Below, piece by piece: positions 27,078 through 37,146 of a stretch of 64,000 nt of DNA. The position numbers and the translations under genes are program-made. The notes beneath the pieces were generated by a model. The model was given only the letters and a program-made list of their open reading frames with translations. It ran no database searches and was not told where the DNA came from. The DNA comes from Parasitella parasitica NRRL 2501 (taxonomy: Eukaryota > Fungi > Mucoromycota): assembly GCA_025201805.1 (NCBI GenBank), contig MU619282.1:132726-196725 (forward strand), written 5' to 3'. Each line of letters starts with the position of its first letter. Within the stretch, counting starts at the first letter, position 1.

Positions 27078-28029
27078 TGATTTCCAGTGTGTAGGAGTGT
27101 TTATTTATGTGACGCCAGGAATATAAGTTAATCGTTGTTTCTTTTTAATTCTAGCCATTTTTCATCCGCAAAGGTTATACAAAAATGAAAAGAGAAAGAA
27201 AAATGAATTACAGAATATTCATGATTTATTCATGAGAACAAAAGGGTCTGATGCATATGTTTCCAAATTTATCTCTGTGTGACACCTTAAACAATATCGT
27301 TCTTCAATTAGAGGAACAATACGAATCTATCAGTTACTTCCTCGGTGATGTTTTTATGTCGTAGTATTTTTTGTTTATATATGGAGACCTTGGTCCTGAT
27401 TTTATTTGAGTGAAATTTAATGTATCCGTATTTACTCGAAAAAATTAAATAAACATATCCAATCAAAAAAATAGAATACCCACCCATTGGCTGATATGGT
27501 TTTTGAGTTACTGAAAATGGATAAACTTTCCCTTTCTAACTGTTTTTGAGATTACAGTACATCTTAAACTTGTAAGTTTATAAGGTGATGAGAGTGGTTA
27601 AACCATAGTTAATGAATTTGCAAAGATATATAAGAACTGCCAAGTCATAATAAATTTTTATAAAAACAAATTGATATTTACTTATATATTTATATAACGT
27701 AAAGTAAGTATCTTCGATAATTTTAATAACTAAACGAGTCTTATATTTGTTCTACATGTAGCATAGTTAATGGTCGTATTTAGTCCTCAATGTTATTATT
27801 CCAAATGCTTTGAAGTCTGATAAGCTTCTTCTTCCATATTTTCAATTCTAGTTCTCGCTTCTCAATGAGTTGCTCTAAATTGATACTATTTTTTAAATCG
27901 TCTTCCCATTGTTCGCTTAATCTTCTTTTTTGTCCAATTACGATACTGACAGTATCATCATCAGATTGAGTATTTTCAATTTTGTGTACAGTAGCAATAG
28001 TACTTGCAATAGGTTGGTGATTTTCAGTT

Positions 28030-29235
28030 TCATTGATTGGCAGCTGTTTTTCTTCCTCTGTCCAGAAGCCATAAGTCTGCATCATTGGAGAACTTATCCC
28101 CCAACCTGTGTCCGAACTGTCCGTGGTGATTATGATCTTGGGCTTCTTTAGTTGAATTTTGTGGATGGGTAACCCGTTCTTCTTGGTTATGAACTACTTC
28201 CACCACATTAGCTCCTCCATTGCTAGTGTGGACAATTGACATCGGTCTTCCCAGTTGTAGTTCCGTTGAGTCAGGCTGATTGCCAAGCTCCTCTGTAAGT
28301 GGCGGATGTGCAATAAGGCTTCGCCCACCGCAGGTAACATGGCGGTAATCTTCCCAAGTAGTCCAGCAATCCATCGGCAAGATCTTGTTATGGGCGAAAG
28401 TGCTTGTTTGATCTTTTGTATCAGCTTCTTGACCTTCAATTCCGGTACCTTGATCTTCATGGTTACTGTGTTGAATTGAAAACCCAGATATTCCTGTGTT
28501 TGGGATGGAGTCAGCATGCTTTTCCTCCGGTTGATAACGAATCCTAAGGACTCGAGATGATGTATTACCGTCTTTGTTATTTGTTCCAAATCCTTTGCGT
28601 CCCTTGATAGCAGACAAATGTTCAAATAGTACACCAAACAGATTCCTTGTTTTCTTAACGGTTCGATGGCATGACGCAGTATTTTGGAAAAAATTCTTGG
28701 GGCTACATTTAATCCGAAATTTAGTGATTTGTATTGGTAAATTATGCCTTCGTTTTCGAACACTAAGAAAGGTTTGATTCTGGATGTATAGGTATTACGG
28801 TGTATGCGTCCTGCAAATCCAGCTTGACCATGTAGTCTCCTGATTCTATTAAATCTCTTAACGCCGGGACGCCTTCCATCTTGAAATGCTCCACCTGTAT
28901 ACATTGATTGATTCGGCGGCAACCCAGAATCGGGCGTCTCTTCGTTGCTTCCTGTAGTGTGAAGAACCTGGATAGGAAACCTCGTGATCGCGGGTTGTGG
29001 CATACTTCTATTATTCACGCTGTAAGAAATTTGTTTACGGCAATGTTGATTTCGTCTTGCTCTTCTCTTGGAGTTGTAGTTCTTGGTAAGCGCCAAGGAC
29101 TTGGTGTTTGAGCAAACTGAATTTGGTAACCTTCTTTGATAATCTTCAGTGGCCACGGATGTTGAACGATCTTTTGCCAATTGTGTAGACATCGAAAAGA
29201 TCATTGACTTCGATTCACCACCTACCGTAATTCCA
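28030..29235 (-). mobile_element. DIRS-type (tyrosine-recombinase retrotransposon) RT/RNase H fragment, degenerate
   Basis: Across frameshifts: HPWPLKIIKEGYQIQF, HFKMEGVPALRDLI...KLDLQDAY, YQYKSLNFGLNVAPRIFSK, damaged YLDD (YYLNI), EYLGF, and RNase H start TDSSDTGWG...GFW...LPIN, where it is truncated. Confidence 0.85.
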
Positions 29236-30519
29236 ACAGTGGACACAACTATGGAAATCGACTCGCTTACGGAAAGCATAAAAGATTGTATCTATTGACG
29301 ACGGTAGCAAAAAGTACAAGAAGTACACACCCGAGTAAGTGCGCATGTTCATACAGATAATGCAAGACGAAGGCACTACTGTACCTAAAGCGGCAGTACA
29401 TTGTAACATTCCTCGACAAAGCGCTTACAGGCTGCTCAAGGAATTCAACGATAGCAACGGTAGTGTACTGTCTGGTTTTGCTCCGAAAGCCAAGAACAGA
29501 GGTACGAAACAAAAGCTTTTCGATCAGCATTCCCTGTTTTTGATTAATTACCACAAGTCTACAACACTTGGATTGGCCAAAGAAGTTCTTCCCAAGCAAT
29601 TTCCAGACTTGGAAGATATTTCTATGCCTTCTCTGTGGAAGCATGTAACAGTAAATTGTGCTTTTTCGTTAAAAAGTGCATCTATATACAACGAAGAAAG
29701 AGACGCTGAACGAACACTTCGCCTTTGCTGTGAGGTGGTAAGTAGATGGAAGGAAATTGGCGTCGACTTTAAAAAGAATTGCGTATTTGTAGATGAAGCA
29801 GGCTTTAATACGCATATGATAAGAGGGCGAGCTTGGTCCAAAGTAGGAGAGCCAGCGAATGTTACTGTTCACAAGCAAAGAGGTGCTAATATCAGTATCG
29901 TTGGATGCATTGCGTATTTTGGAACAGTCATTTTTTCAAAAGTAGAGAGCCTTTAACAAAGGTAGCTGCAGAAAAGCTTGAACAAGAGTATGCAAACCCT
30001 GCCACCAAAAAAAGAAAAGCAAAAGACCCTGAGAAGAAAAAGCCTTTGAAAAAGGGAACCACGGCATATCATATTGTCAAGTTTTTGGAAGCAACAATGG
30101 AGACACTTGATAGGCACGACAAAAAGGGATTTTTCATAGTAATGGATAATTGTAGAATTTACCACTCTGCATTTGTTGCTGATGCTATTAATAAGAGAGG
30201 GTATAAACCTTTGTTCATGCCTCCTTACTCTCCTTTTTTAAACCCGATCGAAGAATGCTGGTCAAAAATAAAGAGCAATATCAAGAGAAACCCACTTGAT
30301 AAAGCAGATAGTTTGACATCGCGTCTTCCTGGAGCTTGCGGATCTGTTACTGTTCAAGACTGCCAAGGTTGGATCAGACATGCTGAGATCTTCTGGGACA
30401 GGTGCATTAACAAAGAACTAGGATTAAGGTAAATATTATCACTGTATGTTATCTTTTTCTACATATTTAATCCCAAAATGAAAAAATTCGTCCCAACTTA
30501 TGCGGTATCAAAACCTGTA
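29236..30519 (+). mobile_element. Tc1/mariner DD34E transposon, 5'-truncated and frameshifted
   Basis: VFVDEAGF, VMDN-x-PPYSPFLNPIE (34 residues between D and E) with a frameshift near 29950. Probable right end ...GGTATCAAAACCTG|TA at 30517; no matching left TIR seen. Confidence 0.9.
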
Positions 30520-30742
30520 GTGATAAAAAAAAAAAAGTTTTCAATGCAATGGACAGCGTATGACAGCTAAGCCTTACTTTGTTGTGATATTAAAATTGGC
30601 ACAATAAATCAATTCTTTTCAATCATTGAGCTGCTTTCATTGCACAGACACGAGGCGATTTATTATAGATTCTGAGAAAGAAAAATTGAGATACTACAAA
30701 GGTATAAAATAAAAGTAGAAAGAGAACAATAATGGCTATTTT

Positions 30743-31657
30743 TTAGGATGAACTCTTGGGAGCAAGAGTAACAGCCAAAACTACGATAAGAATAATAATA
30801 ATAATAACAGCAATACTAAAACAGATCCACTTTTTACGACGCATAGACATTGCAGATGTTTTCGCCTTTTCAACAAATTGAACACCTTGTTCCAAATTGG
30901 CAGTAGTTTCAAACGCACTCTGCTCGATGGTATCCAGCACCTTGGACTGAGCATTCAACATAACTTGCATCTCTTCAAAGAGCAGAGACAGCTCTTGCAC
31001 GCTTTTGGCCAAGCGTTTGATGTCCTCATGACGTTCTTGTACGGCATCCAAAGTGGTTTGAGCCTCGTGACGTCTATAATCGCCACTGACAGATTGAAGC
31101 AACTGTTGAGTAAACACAGCACCTCCACCTTGCTCTGCATTAGCGATGGCTTTTTGAATGTCTTGGGAGGTGGCATTCGGATTAGCAATCTTAATTTGTC
31201 TTTCCAGCTGTCTCCCTTCTTCCTTTTGAAAGTTCAACGCAACTCTACGGTGATTTTCAATGGCATCCATAAAGGACTTTGTTACAGAGCTAAAGGCATT
31301 CTTTCTCATGGCCAGGTCGGTGTGTCGAGAGGTCGGTTCGATCTCTTTCAGCTTTTGTTTAACGTGTGTCATGATGTTTTGAGTGTCTGCGGTGAGTTGA
31401 TCAAGTCGCTGACTAGAGTCGTCTCTAGCGTCAACAGTTTGAAGTATGCTCGATTGCAAGGAGCCGATAGCCTTGACGTTGACATTGATCTGGGTTATAC
31501 TTTCCTTTACATGAGAGACTTGGTCAAGAAATCCCTCGACAGAAGTGATATCGCCAGTGGTTGACAAAAGGGGGCGCATCTCATAGCCTCCGCCTACATT
31601 CCGATCCGAGCTACCATTGTTGTCTCTTTTGAGATCTGCAAGTCTATTTACGCTCAT
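30743..31657 (-). CDS. Plasma-membrane syntaxin (Sso1/Sso2-like t-SNARE)
   Basis: Habc region, ERQIKIANPNAT, SNARE motif (VQERHEDIKRLAKSVQELSLLFEEM), RRKKWIC and a C-terminal TM anchor. Confidence 0.92.
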   Translation of the reverse strand: MSVNRLADLKRDNNGSSDRNVGGGYEMRPLLSTTGDITSVEGFLDQVSHVKESITQINVNVKAIGSLQSSILQTVDARDDSSQRLDQLTADTQNIMTHVKQKLKEIEPTSRHTDLAMRKNAFSSVTKSFMDAIENHRRVALNFQKEEGRQLERQIKIANPNATSQDIQKAIANAEQGGGAVFTQQLLQSVSGDYRRHEAQTTLDAVQERHEDIKRLAKSVQELSLLFEEMQVMLNAQSKVLDTIEQSAFETTANLEQGVQFVEKAKTSAMSMRRKKWICFSIAVIIIIILIVVLAVTLAPKSSS

Positions 31658-32539
31658 TTGGTAGAGGAAAAAAAAGAAAAGAAAAAAAGGTAAAGGTGTG
31701 GAAGAGAGAAAGAAAAGAAAACGAGGCAAGACATTATTATTGTTATAAACAAATGTCGGGGTTGTGTGATAGACAATCTATTTATATTTCATTTCCTTTA
31801 GGCAAAAAAACAAGGGGCTCAGCCAAAAAGTGTTTATTTGAGTTTGATTAGCACTTTTGTACGTATCCAATTACATTAATCAAGGCAAAGCCAAGCACTC
31901 TTTTTATTGCTCTTTTTTTTATTGAAACACATTAAATCTTGCCTATGGATCTCTCAAGATATTTTTCTTACCCACCATTGCTCCGGTTGTTAGTAAACTG
32001 TGATTTTTTATTATCAACATATCGGACAACCATCTCACTCTTTGTCCTGACAGATTGTAACAATATAAGCAAACAATAATAATAAAAACATCAGTGAAAG
32101 CTGTTAAACAAACCATAAACCTTACAAAATAGACACACTAGACAGGCACATAGATCAAGTTAAGCGCCTATCCATACGTGTTATACGCTTAATATTGACT
32201 ATAATTAATCTTGATCGAGTTTACCACCATTCTTGCAGCAACATTCAGTAAGAATAGCGGGATTTGAATAGTGGAGATGGATTCCAGGAACAAAACCACA
32301 AAACACCCAATACACATGATAAGGGTAGTTGGTGTATTAAGTACTCTCCAATTGATCAAAGTCATGAATTTTTTGATATTTACTTTCTTCTACTATCAAT
32401 ATGCCTCCTTTTCAGACTAGAAATTGCACAAGCTGCAAAATTTCTCTTCCTGAAACCTCTTCGTTCCGAAAATGTGATTCATGTAGTGTAAGTAAAAATT
32501 GTTTGCCGAGTAAAACTGTAAATTGAGCAAACTTTTTTT

Positions 32540-33657
32540 TCAGGAACGTGCCCGAAACTAGGCCAGACATAGAGCTGCGTCAAGGCCGGCAGCACTCAGA
32601 GCACCCAGAGCACCCGCAGCTTTTGTTTCTGAATTGGCAAGAATGCGAACCTCTGATCTGGGAACGATGAATGTTGAATGTGATGGTTGTGGTGCCTTGC
32701 ATTGGGAAGCAGAAAGAGCTACCAATCAAATGAGAAACGACAATTGCTTCTATGCTTGCTGTAAAAAAAGAAAGGCTATATTGCCCTTACTACAAGAACC
32801 GCCTGATCAACGGTAATCATCCACGCTCAGCGCATTGCTTGCAGCATACGAGACAGTACAACACTTTGTTTACGTTTACCTCATTTGGTGCTGACGCTAC
32901 CCCTGAGCAACTTCAACGAGAGAGCCAAGAAGAAATCAGAGGTGGGATCATACTCGAATTCGTGTTCATGGAGAACTGTATCATATGCAAGCTCCTTTGA
33001 ATTTGAACAACAGCCCAAAATACAACCAGCTGTATATTTATGATCCGGATTATTCTGCTGCAATTCGATCTGCAGATTAACGGAATGAAGGGTTAGACGA
33101 GACAATCATTGAACAGTTGAGAGAGATGATTGCTAATCCAGATATTTGTGGCAACCCTTTCGTCCAAATATACAAGCACGCTCACGAAATTTTGAGAGAG
33201 GAAGAGGAGCGACAAGCCCAAAATGGTATCAACGAGGATGCTCACATCAGGCTCAATCCTCAGATGCGAATGGAGCTAATTGTTGGTGAAGACAGACGCA
33301 CCCAAAATCTGCCAACTGTCAACGAGATTGCGGCTATTATACCCAACGAATATGCTGACAGGAGTTTCAGAGATATTTTGATCACATATCGAAATAGCTC
33401 CTCCTCCAGTGCTCAGGGTCTTTTCAAAAGAATTAATGAAACGCATGCTGCCTATATGCCTCTTCATTATGTCTTGCTTTTCCCTAGAGACGAATATCCA
33501 CAGTAGAGAGGGGTGGGGTGGGGGGGGGGGTTCAAGGGGGATACCTCCCCCCTGACTATTATGTAAACTTCTCCATTATCAATGCTTTATTGTAGTGTAA
33601 ATTATATCTTCCCGCAGGGCGACGCCGTCATCGAGCGAAACGAGATCAAACGGCTAG
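32540..33657 (+). mobile_element. Helitron derivative: degenerate N-terminal Rep region with canonical 3' end
   Basis: LGTMNVECDGCGALHW, CC, RQYNTLFTFTSFG, QLYIYD, NLPTVNEIAAII, YMPLHYVLLFP. Subterminal GCCGT...ACGGC stem then CTAG|T at 33654-33658. The 5' limit is uncertain. Confidence 0.85.
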
Positions 33658-33913
33658 TAAAACTTAATACCGCCAAATGGAAATACCTTGGACATAAATA
33701 AGATATTGAAATCAGCCTCTGTTCCATGCAACGTCAATGTTTAATTATTTATCTCTAACGATATTATTGCAACAAAGCTTGAAAATTTCGACAAAATAAC
33801 GAGGAAAGAAGGAAGCACCGTCATCAACAACAGTGGTGTTTTAGTTGCGGTGAGTGTAGGTTACTTTTCAAGCTGACTTGTCGTGGACCTTCAATTGTTT
33901 AGTCCAACCTGTA

Positions 33914-35875
33914 CAGTCAAACCTATGGAAATTGGCGTTTTCACAAAAATAATTGTCACTTTCATAAAAATGATTAACCGAAAGGCAAAAATAATTGGCG
34001 GAAATTGAAAAATAAATGTCACATGCTCAATTCTTTTTGTAATTTTGGCCAAGAATATTTGTCCATGCCAAGTAATTAAATTAGGCGGTTAAGTTACAAT
34101 ATTGTCCCTTTTCTTCGTTACTGAATTTTGTTATTTTTTTTTCTACTAAAAACATTTTCTAACAATGAGCACATTTTTTTATGAAGATGGACAAGACAAC
34201 ATTTATAATGAGCAAGGAGAAATCGTTACGATCCGATGGAGGATGTTCTTACACAAATTGATGATCCGAATGTAATTCTTGAAACAATTACTAGCCAGAA
34301 AACCTATTTAAGTGTTAAACGCCTGGAGAAAACTGTTGAAGAGTCTCCTTCTAAAAAGCAACTGAAGACTAAAGTACCAGATTTGGATAGACCATACAAA
34401 AACTATAGCGACTTTACCAGAGAGACGTTTATAGATCGTATGATTGAAAAGCCTGAAGAACGTGGGTTGGTGACTAAGGTTGCAAATGACCTAAATATCA
34501 ATTATCGCACTGCGTTAAGATGGTGGAATAGCTATAAAGAAACAGAGGAGATTCCATATAAGAAATCCGAAGAAAACAGTGGCCCTAAAAGCTCGTTCAC
34601 TGCTAAACATAACGAGTATCTACAGGGTCTATTGGATAATGATCCTCAACTATTTTCGGATGATATTATGAAAAGCTTGACTGAACAATTTGAAGGCTTC
34701 ACCATCTCAAAGTCGCAACTAAATAATCATTTACGTAATACAATGCTTATCACTATCAAGAAACCATTGTTTGAGCCTGAAATAAGAAATTCACCAGAAA
34801 ACATGGAGACAAGATTTGAGTGGTTTATGAAATGGAAGGACTCTAATCTTGATTTTACAAAGAATTGTGTTTTCATTGATGAAGCCGGATTTCACATTAA
34901 CATGAGAAATAATTGGGCAAGATCAAAAAAGGGTAGCCCTGCTATAGTAAAACGACCAAAAACTAGAGCGATAACACATACTATTATTGGTGCTATCCAT
35001 TCATCTAGTGTTGTTCATGTTGTGATGAAAAAACCTCCACCAAGAAAAGAAAAGCAATCTATTAGTAAAAAGAGAAAAGCTAATAGTGGAACAAAAAGAA
35101 TTGTAGCTGAAGTTGATTTAGAGGATCCAGAGTTTGAAGATCCTACTGATAATAAACCAGTAGCAAAAGGCACGACTACTGCGCATTTCGTTAAATTCAT
35201 GAATGCGCTTCTTGATATAATGGACCTTGATGAAAATTTGAAGGGAAATTATATTGTAATGGATAACGCCTCATTTCATAAATCCAAGCCAATGATACGA
35301 AAAATCGAACGTAGAGGTTATAAAGTGATGTACTTACCTCCGTACTCACCTGAATTGAATCCTATTGAACAGTTCTGGGGAGTAGTCAAAGGCAAAATGA
35401 AGCGTGATCGATTATTGGCTGAAGAAAATTTATCTGATCGAATTGCTGATGCCTGCAATGATGTCCTTATCAGCGACCTCTATGGTTTCTGTAATCACTC
35501 AAAACGTCAGATTATTAAATGTTATAAAAAAACACCATTCTAATATATACATATACATTAAATAAACAATTATTTTTAAAACGGCAAACATATATGATTA
35601 ACTCTAGCCCCAAATTTAACTACTTGATATGGACACTTTTTAGAGATTCATTTGGTCTACAGTATTTTGTGTTTAAAAAATATAATGCTTGGTGGAACTA
35701 AATCTGTTTCGTAGATCACTCCAATACAAACGTTTCAGAAGAGAGTATAATTGTTAGGCCATTAGTGAATGGGAACCTAACCCAAAGATAACAAGTCATC
35801 ATTGCACTGTGGGGACGGCAGTTTTTTTTTTTGGCGAGATGATCTTTGAATTAAACTGGGGCGAAATAGAGAATT
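33914..35875 (+). repeat. Left arm of 1,962-bp inverted repeat
   Basis: Reverse complement of 42717-44678. Paired coordinates sum to 78592 at both ends and at both ORF limits, so there is no net indel. Confidence 0.95.
34236..35543 (+). CDS. Tc1/mariner (IS630-like) DD34E transposase
   Basis: HTH region, VFIDEAGF, VMDNASFH, LPPYSPELNPIEQFW; 435 aa. Confidence 0.95.
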   Translation: MEDVLTQIDDPNVILETITSQKTYLSVKRLEKTVEESPSKKQLKTKVPDLDRPYKNYSDFTRETFIDRMIEKPEERGLVTKVANDLNINYRTALRWWNSYKETEEIPYKKSEENSGPKSSFTAKHNEYLQGLLDNDPQLFSDDIMKSLTEQFEGFTISKSQLNNHLRNTMLITIKKPLFEPEIRNSPENMETRFEWFMKWKDSNLDFTKNCVFIDEAGFHINMRNNWARSKKGSPAIVKRPKTRAITHTIIGAIHSSSVVHVVMKKPPPRKEKQSISKKRKANSGTKRIVAEVDLEDPEFEDPTDNKPVAKGTTTAHFVKFMNALLDIMDLDENLKGNYIVMDNASFHKSKPMIRKIERRGYKVMYLPPYSPELNPIEQFWGVVKGKMKRDRLLAEENLSDRIADACNDVLISDLYGFCNHSKRQIIKCYKKTPF

Positions 35876-36684
35876 AGGCTGGTATAACGTGTCCTTGGGG
35901 ATAGAAAGAAGTGTTGCCTTTTAAGTAATTTTGAATAAAGCTTCCAAAGTAGAGGTATTTTAAATTTAATAAAAATTAAGTTTCTTAAAACAGCCCCAAT
36001 GGAGTTGCTGTGTGGTTTCCTATTTCCAAATGAAAGAAGGGTTTTAATACTTCCTGCTTATTAAAAGTAATAGTAAAGGATTACTAGAATACTCAAAGCA
36101 ACGTAAATGTGTTTTAGAATTCCTAATAGCGGTGCTTTCTTGTGCTAGCCATTTCTTTAAAGCAACTTAATAGCAATGGAAAATATAAAGAAAGGAGATA
36201 ACGTATTATTTTACTTTTTATACAAAAAAAAGAAATATTATCTGTTTTGATTGATCGTGGCCGCAAAAAAAATTAAGGTAATAGAATGCTGGAAGTATCA
36301 GCCGAAATACCATTCGTTAGTGAAGATTACCCAGAATGTGGCGCCAGTTTCAGATTTTCATTTAATAATGCCATAGCGAAGATCATGTTCGTCATAAAAG
36401 ATTAATCACAATAGTCAGCTTGAAGTGTAACAAATGTAATAATGCCCTTAAAAATCATACTTTTTTTGCTAGAAAAGGACTTGACCTTGGCCTCAAAAGA
36501 AAGGAGGTTTGCAAAAAGCACAATAATAGATAAAACAGCCAAAGCGAGATATTGTGATTAGTAATTATGTAAACTGCCTTTCTCATATTTTTATGCTTAC
36601 CAAACGTATGATCTAAAAAAGCCTAAAGGCAATGATCAATACCGTGATGAATACAAGGAGATAAAAAACCACCAGGTTTTACTG

Positions 36685-36916
36685 AGGGCCTAGGGTATTA
36701 CACGCACCTAGTATCAGACATAACGGGTCCAGCCTAACGGCCTTCAAGCCTCACGCAATGCTGAATTCCAAAGTCATCGCTAATTGGAGCCAAAGCCTTC
36801 AACTCAAATAGCCTCCAGTCACATTAAATAAAGGGCCAAGGGTATTACGCGCACCTTGTACCAAACATAACGGGTCCAGCATCACAGCCTTCGAGCCTCA
36901 CGCTATGCTGGATTCC
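36685..36916. repeat. Two 85-bp imperfect direct repeats, 147-bp period
   Basis: AGGGCC.AGGGTATTAC.CGCACCT.GTA.CA.ACATAACGGGTCCAGC...GCCTTC.AGCCTCACGC.ATGCTG.ATTCC at 36685-36769 and 36832-36916. Confidence 0.9.
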
Positions 36917-37146
36917 TCTATTTGAACTAACTGCTATGTGAATTGTCAGAGAAAAAAGAAAAAAGTTTTAGTGGTTTAAACGGGGGTATACTCACAATTT
37001 TTTTCGCATTCTTTTATCATTCGTCATCATTAAAGATTTTTGAATACCGCTTAGAAGTCTGACGTCATAATTTTTGACATAATTCTATTTTTCTCAAAGA
37101 AAAAAAAAACCTTTCATCACACATTTTTAAGTGAAAAAAAGCCTAC

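Noticed and set aside
25182-27514. GAGTTTCTGA (25182, 25209) and GAGTTACTGA (27505) as a target-site duplication for the Fanzor element
   Set aside because: Imperfect match in AT-rich DNA with no TIRs inside it; cannot be distinguished from chance.
30878-31564. 228-aa plus-strand ORF, and similar antisense ORFs over CHO2, the P-ATPase, ILV1, RRP14 and 53080-53715
   Set aside because: Antisense shadows of well-supported genes, with no motifs of their own.
35873-35890. TTA|GGCTGGT as a PIF/Harbinger end defining the inner arm boundary
   Set aside because: No inverted partner found in the window.
36685-36916. tRNA, hammerhead or HDV-like ribozyme
   Set aside because: No cloverleaf or GTTCRA T-arm, no CTGATGA/GAAA core, and the candidate L3 loop does not fit the HDV consensus.
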